A DNA stretch of 64,000 bases from Takakia lepidozioides. Taxonomy: Eukaryota; Plantae; Bryophyta. Every line of letters begins with the position of its first letter. The stretch's first letter is position 1. A program made the position numbers and the translations under genes. The stretch spans positions 41,292,001 through 41,356,000 of the forward strand of contig CM060733.1 of NCBI GenBank assembly GCA_030704615.1, read 5' to 3'. The notes below the pieces were generated by a model that was not told where the DNA came from, did no database searches, and was given only the letters and a program-made list of their open reading frames with translations. This document shows positions 62,281 through 64,000 of the stretch, one piece after another.

Positions 62281-64000
62281 CACCTGTCATGCAAACCCAC
62301 AAATTGGGCCTCATTAGGAACAACCTCTACATTCCAGATCCAAAACAAAAAAACCAAGCATGTCGGGGCTGAGAGCAGCAATTGCTCGGGTCTCGAGAGG
62401 GGGCAACAAAGAGCAAGAAAAAGGTGGGGGGGGGGGGGGGGAGTGACTGAGCACCACCAACAGCTGCTGAGCACCACGGGCTCAGTCACTCCCCCCCCCC
62501 CCCCATTTTCTTTTTTTTTGGTTTCCTGATCTCTCCCTCTCTCCTTCCCTCTCCCTCTGTACAAGGAATTTGCTTATATTTTTTCCAAAACCCAGGACGG
62601 CTTGGACTAATTTTGTCTAAACCTTTTTTAATCCACAATGGATGTAATCATGAAAATGGAGGAATTCCATTAACGCAATTTCTCTGATTACCTACTGGGT
62701 TCTTTGGATGAGTTTGGTCATGAAAACTAAACCCTAATGAAAGCAAGACTCTACTTTTGGATGCCATCACTATTGGATGACATCATGATGGAATCAGGGA
62801 AATACTTTACATTATCTGTTTTTCATCTATTCTGGATGAAATCGCGAAGGTTTGCCCTATCTCTTCCTCCGCCCTTAAACTCTGCACGATAATCGTGCGT
62901 TTTGATATGATGGAGCTGAGAGATGGTGTCAGAGGGATCATTTAAGCACAAATCTTGTGAATTTGATGGCTATGGAGAAGCTTTATGACAGCCTGCAAGT
63001 GCCCTTGCAAGATTCCAGTACTTTTCAATTCCCCTTGGGGTATGCAAAGGCGGCTGAGCTTCAATTCCCTCAATGAGGTTTGTCTCTTCCTGTGGCGGGC
63101 AACTTACTTTAAGCTGTGACTGCTTGCCGATCCGTTCAATGATCATTAAGAGCCAGCGCCGCTCTTAAACTATCAGGAAGTCCCTTCACCTGATAAAATG
63201 CTCGTAGATTTCAGCAACCATTGCTTGTTTGTGCTGTCGATTATCGAGTTCTTGGAGCTATGTCGAATCCTCTTCCACAAACACTTAAGGTTGTGGAATA
63301 TTTTGCTTTGCTTTGATCTCTTCTTTGCTTTTTTTGACGCAGTTGTACAGCGATAACAAGCGTGAGGCCTGATATTCACCTGGGGTTCCACCTCTTCACT
63401 AACTTCAATTGTTTTTTGACTGCATGTGATGGACCAGGTGAGGGCCTCACTTAATATGATTCATGAAGCTTGCAATTGATTGAAAACTAGCAGCTGAAGT
63501 GAAGTCGACTCAAGCTGTTTCTTCAGGGAGCTGATTCGAATCTGCCCCCATTTCTTGATCTTTCTGGCTATGCTTCCAACTCTTCTTGTTGAGCATTAAT
63601 ACATTAGATGAGCTTTATTAGAACACATACTTTCTATTAAAGACTATTGCCTTTGATTTCTGCTACACTACGTGATGGTGCTGGATTTTGCTGTTTTTTA
63701 CAGCACAGCATGAGCTTTTATTTCGGTTATAGTACTGGTATGATGTTTGGCTTGAATGATATCTAAGTAAGAGGACATAGGGAACCACAATCTTTTGTTT
63801 TTTAGGCCTGTATGCTGCCTGATGCAGACCATCTGGGTTCCTGTCCTTCTCTACTTGTTTTGTGACCTTGCAAGTACCCTGCTAGAGCAGATACAGATTG
63901 CCCCAAGACCTAAAACGGGCTCTGGGATAAGACTGGCTTTACTACTAGGCATATACCATGACATTTTTTTCTGGATTTCTATATAGTCTGTGATTATCGT

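Larger units (their letters stand above)
37652..64000. mobile_element. CACTA element A (outer; right end beyond the window; own sequence 37652-38818 and ~60223-64000)
   Basis: CACTACAGGAAAA terminus after agt; dense GCGAC/GTCGC subterminal repeats to ~38380; its minus-strand TnpA-like frame reads across the CACTA-B insertion (GAFERKPSPVEYNYARSMVG|NTEGMSAL). Confidence 0.75.

Overview
Eukaryotic (non-seed land-plant-like) nuclear DNA with two distinct halves. 1-29 kb is gene-rich: decayed PPR/kinesin/transposase fragments, PEX5 (-, lesioned and lacking a recognisable first coding exon), LUC7 (+), RPL39 (-), TAF15 (+) and an intronless serine acetyltransferase (-). 29-64 kb is a deeply nested transposon island: a MULE-type gene is split by a Ty3/gypsy element, which is split by CACTA element A (from 37652, running off the window), which is split by a ~21.4-kb CACTA element B (38819-~60219), which is split by a 4.7-kb non-autonomous Pack-CACTA C (53826-58574, perfect TIRs, ATT TSD) carrying PPR and OSB/PDF-motif fragments. 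The most notable observation is the cargo of CACTA-B: besides TnpD and a divergently oriented TnpA-like gene, it has a SET-domain exon positioned to share a Zn-binding first exon with the transposase by alternative splicing, plus a long open ORF and a truncated Penelope-like reverse transcriptase. CACTA-A appears to begin the same internal block at the equivalent position. All family assignments are from motif recognition by eye, not database searches.
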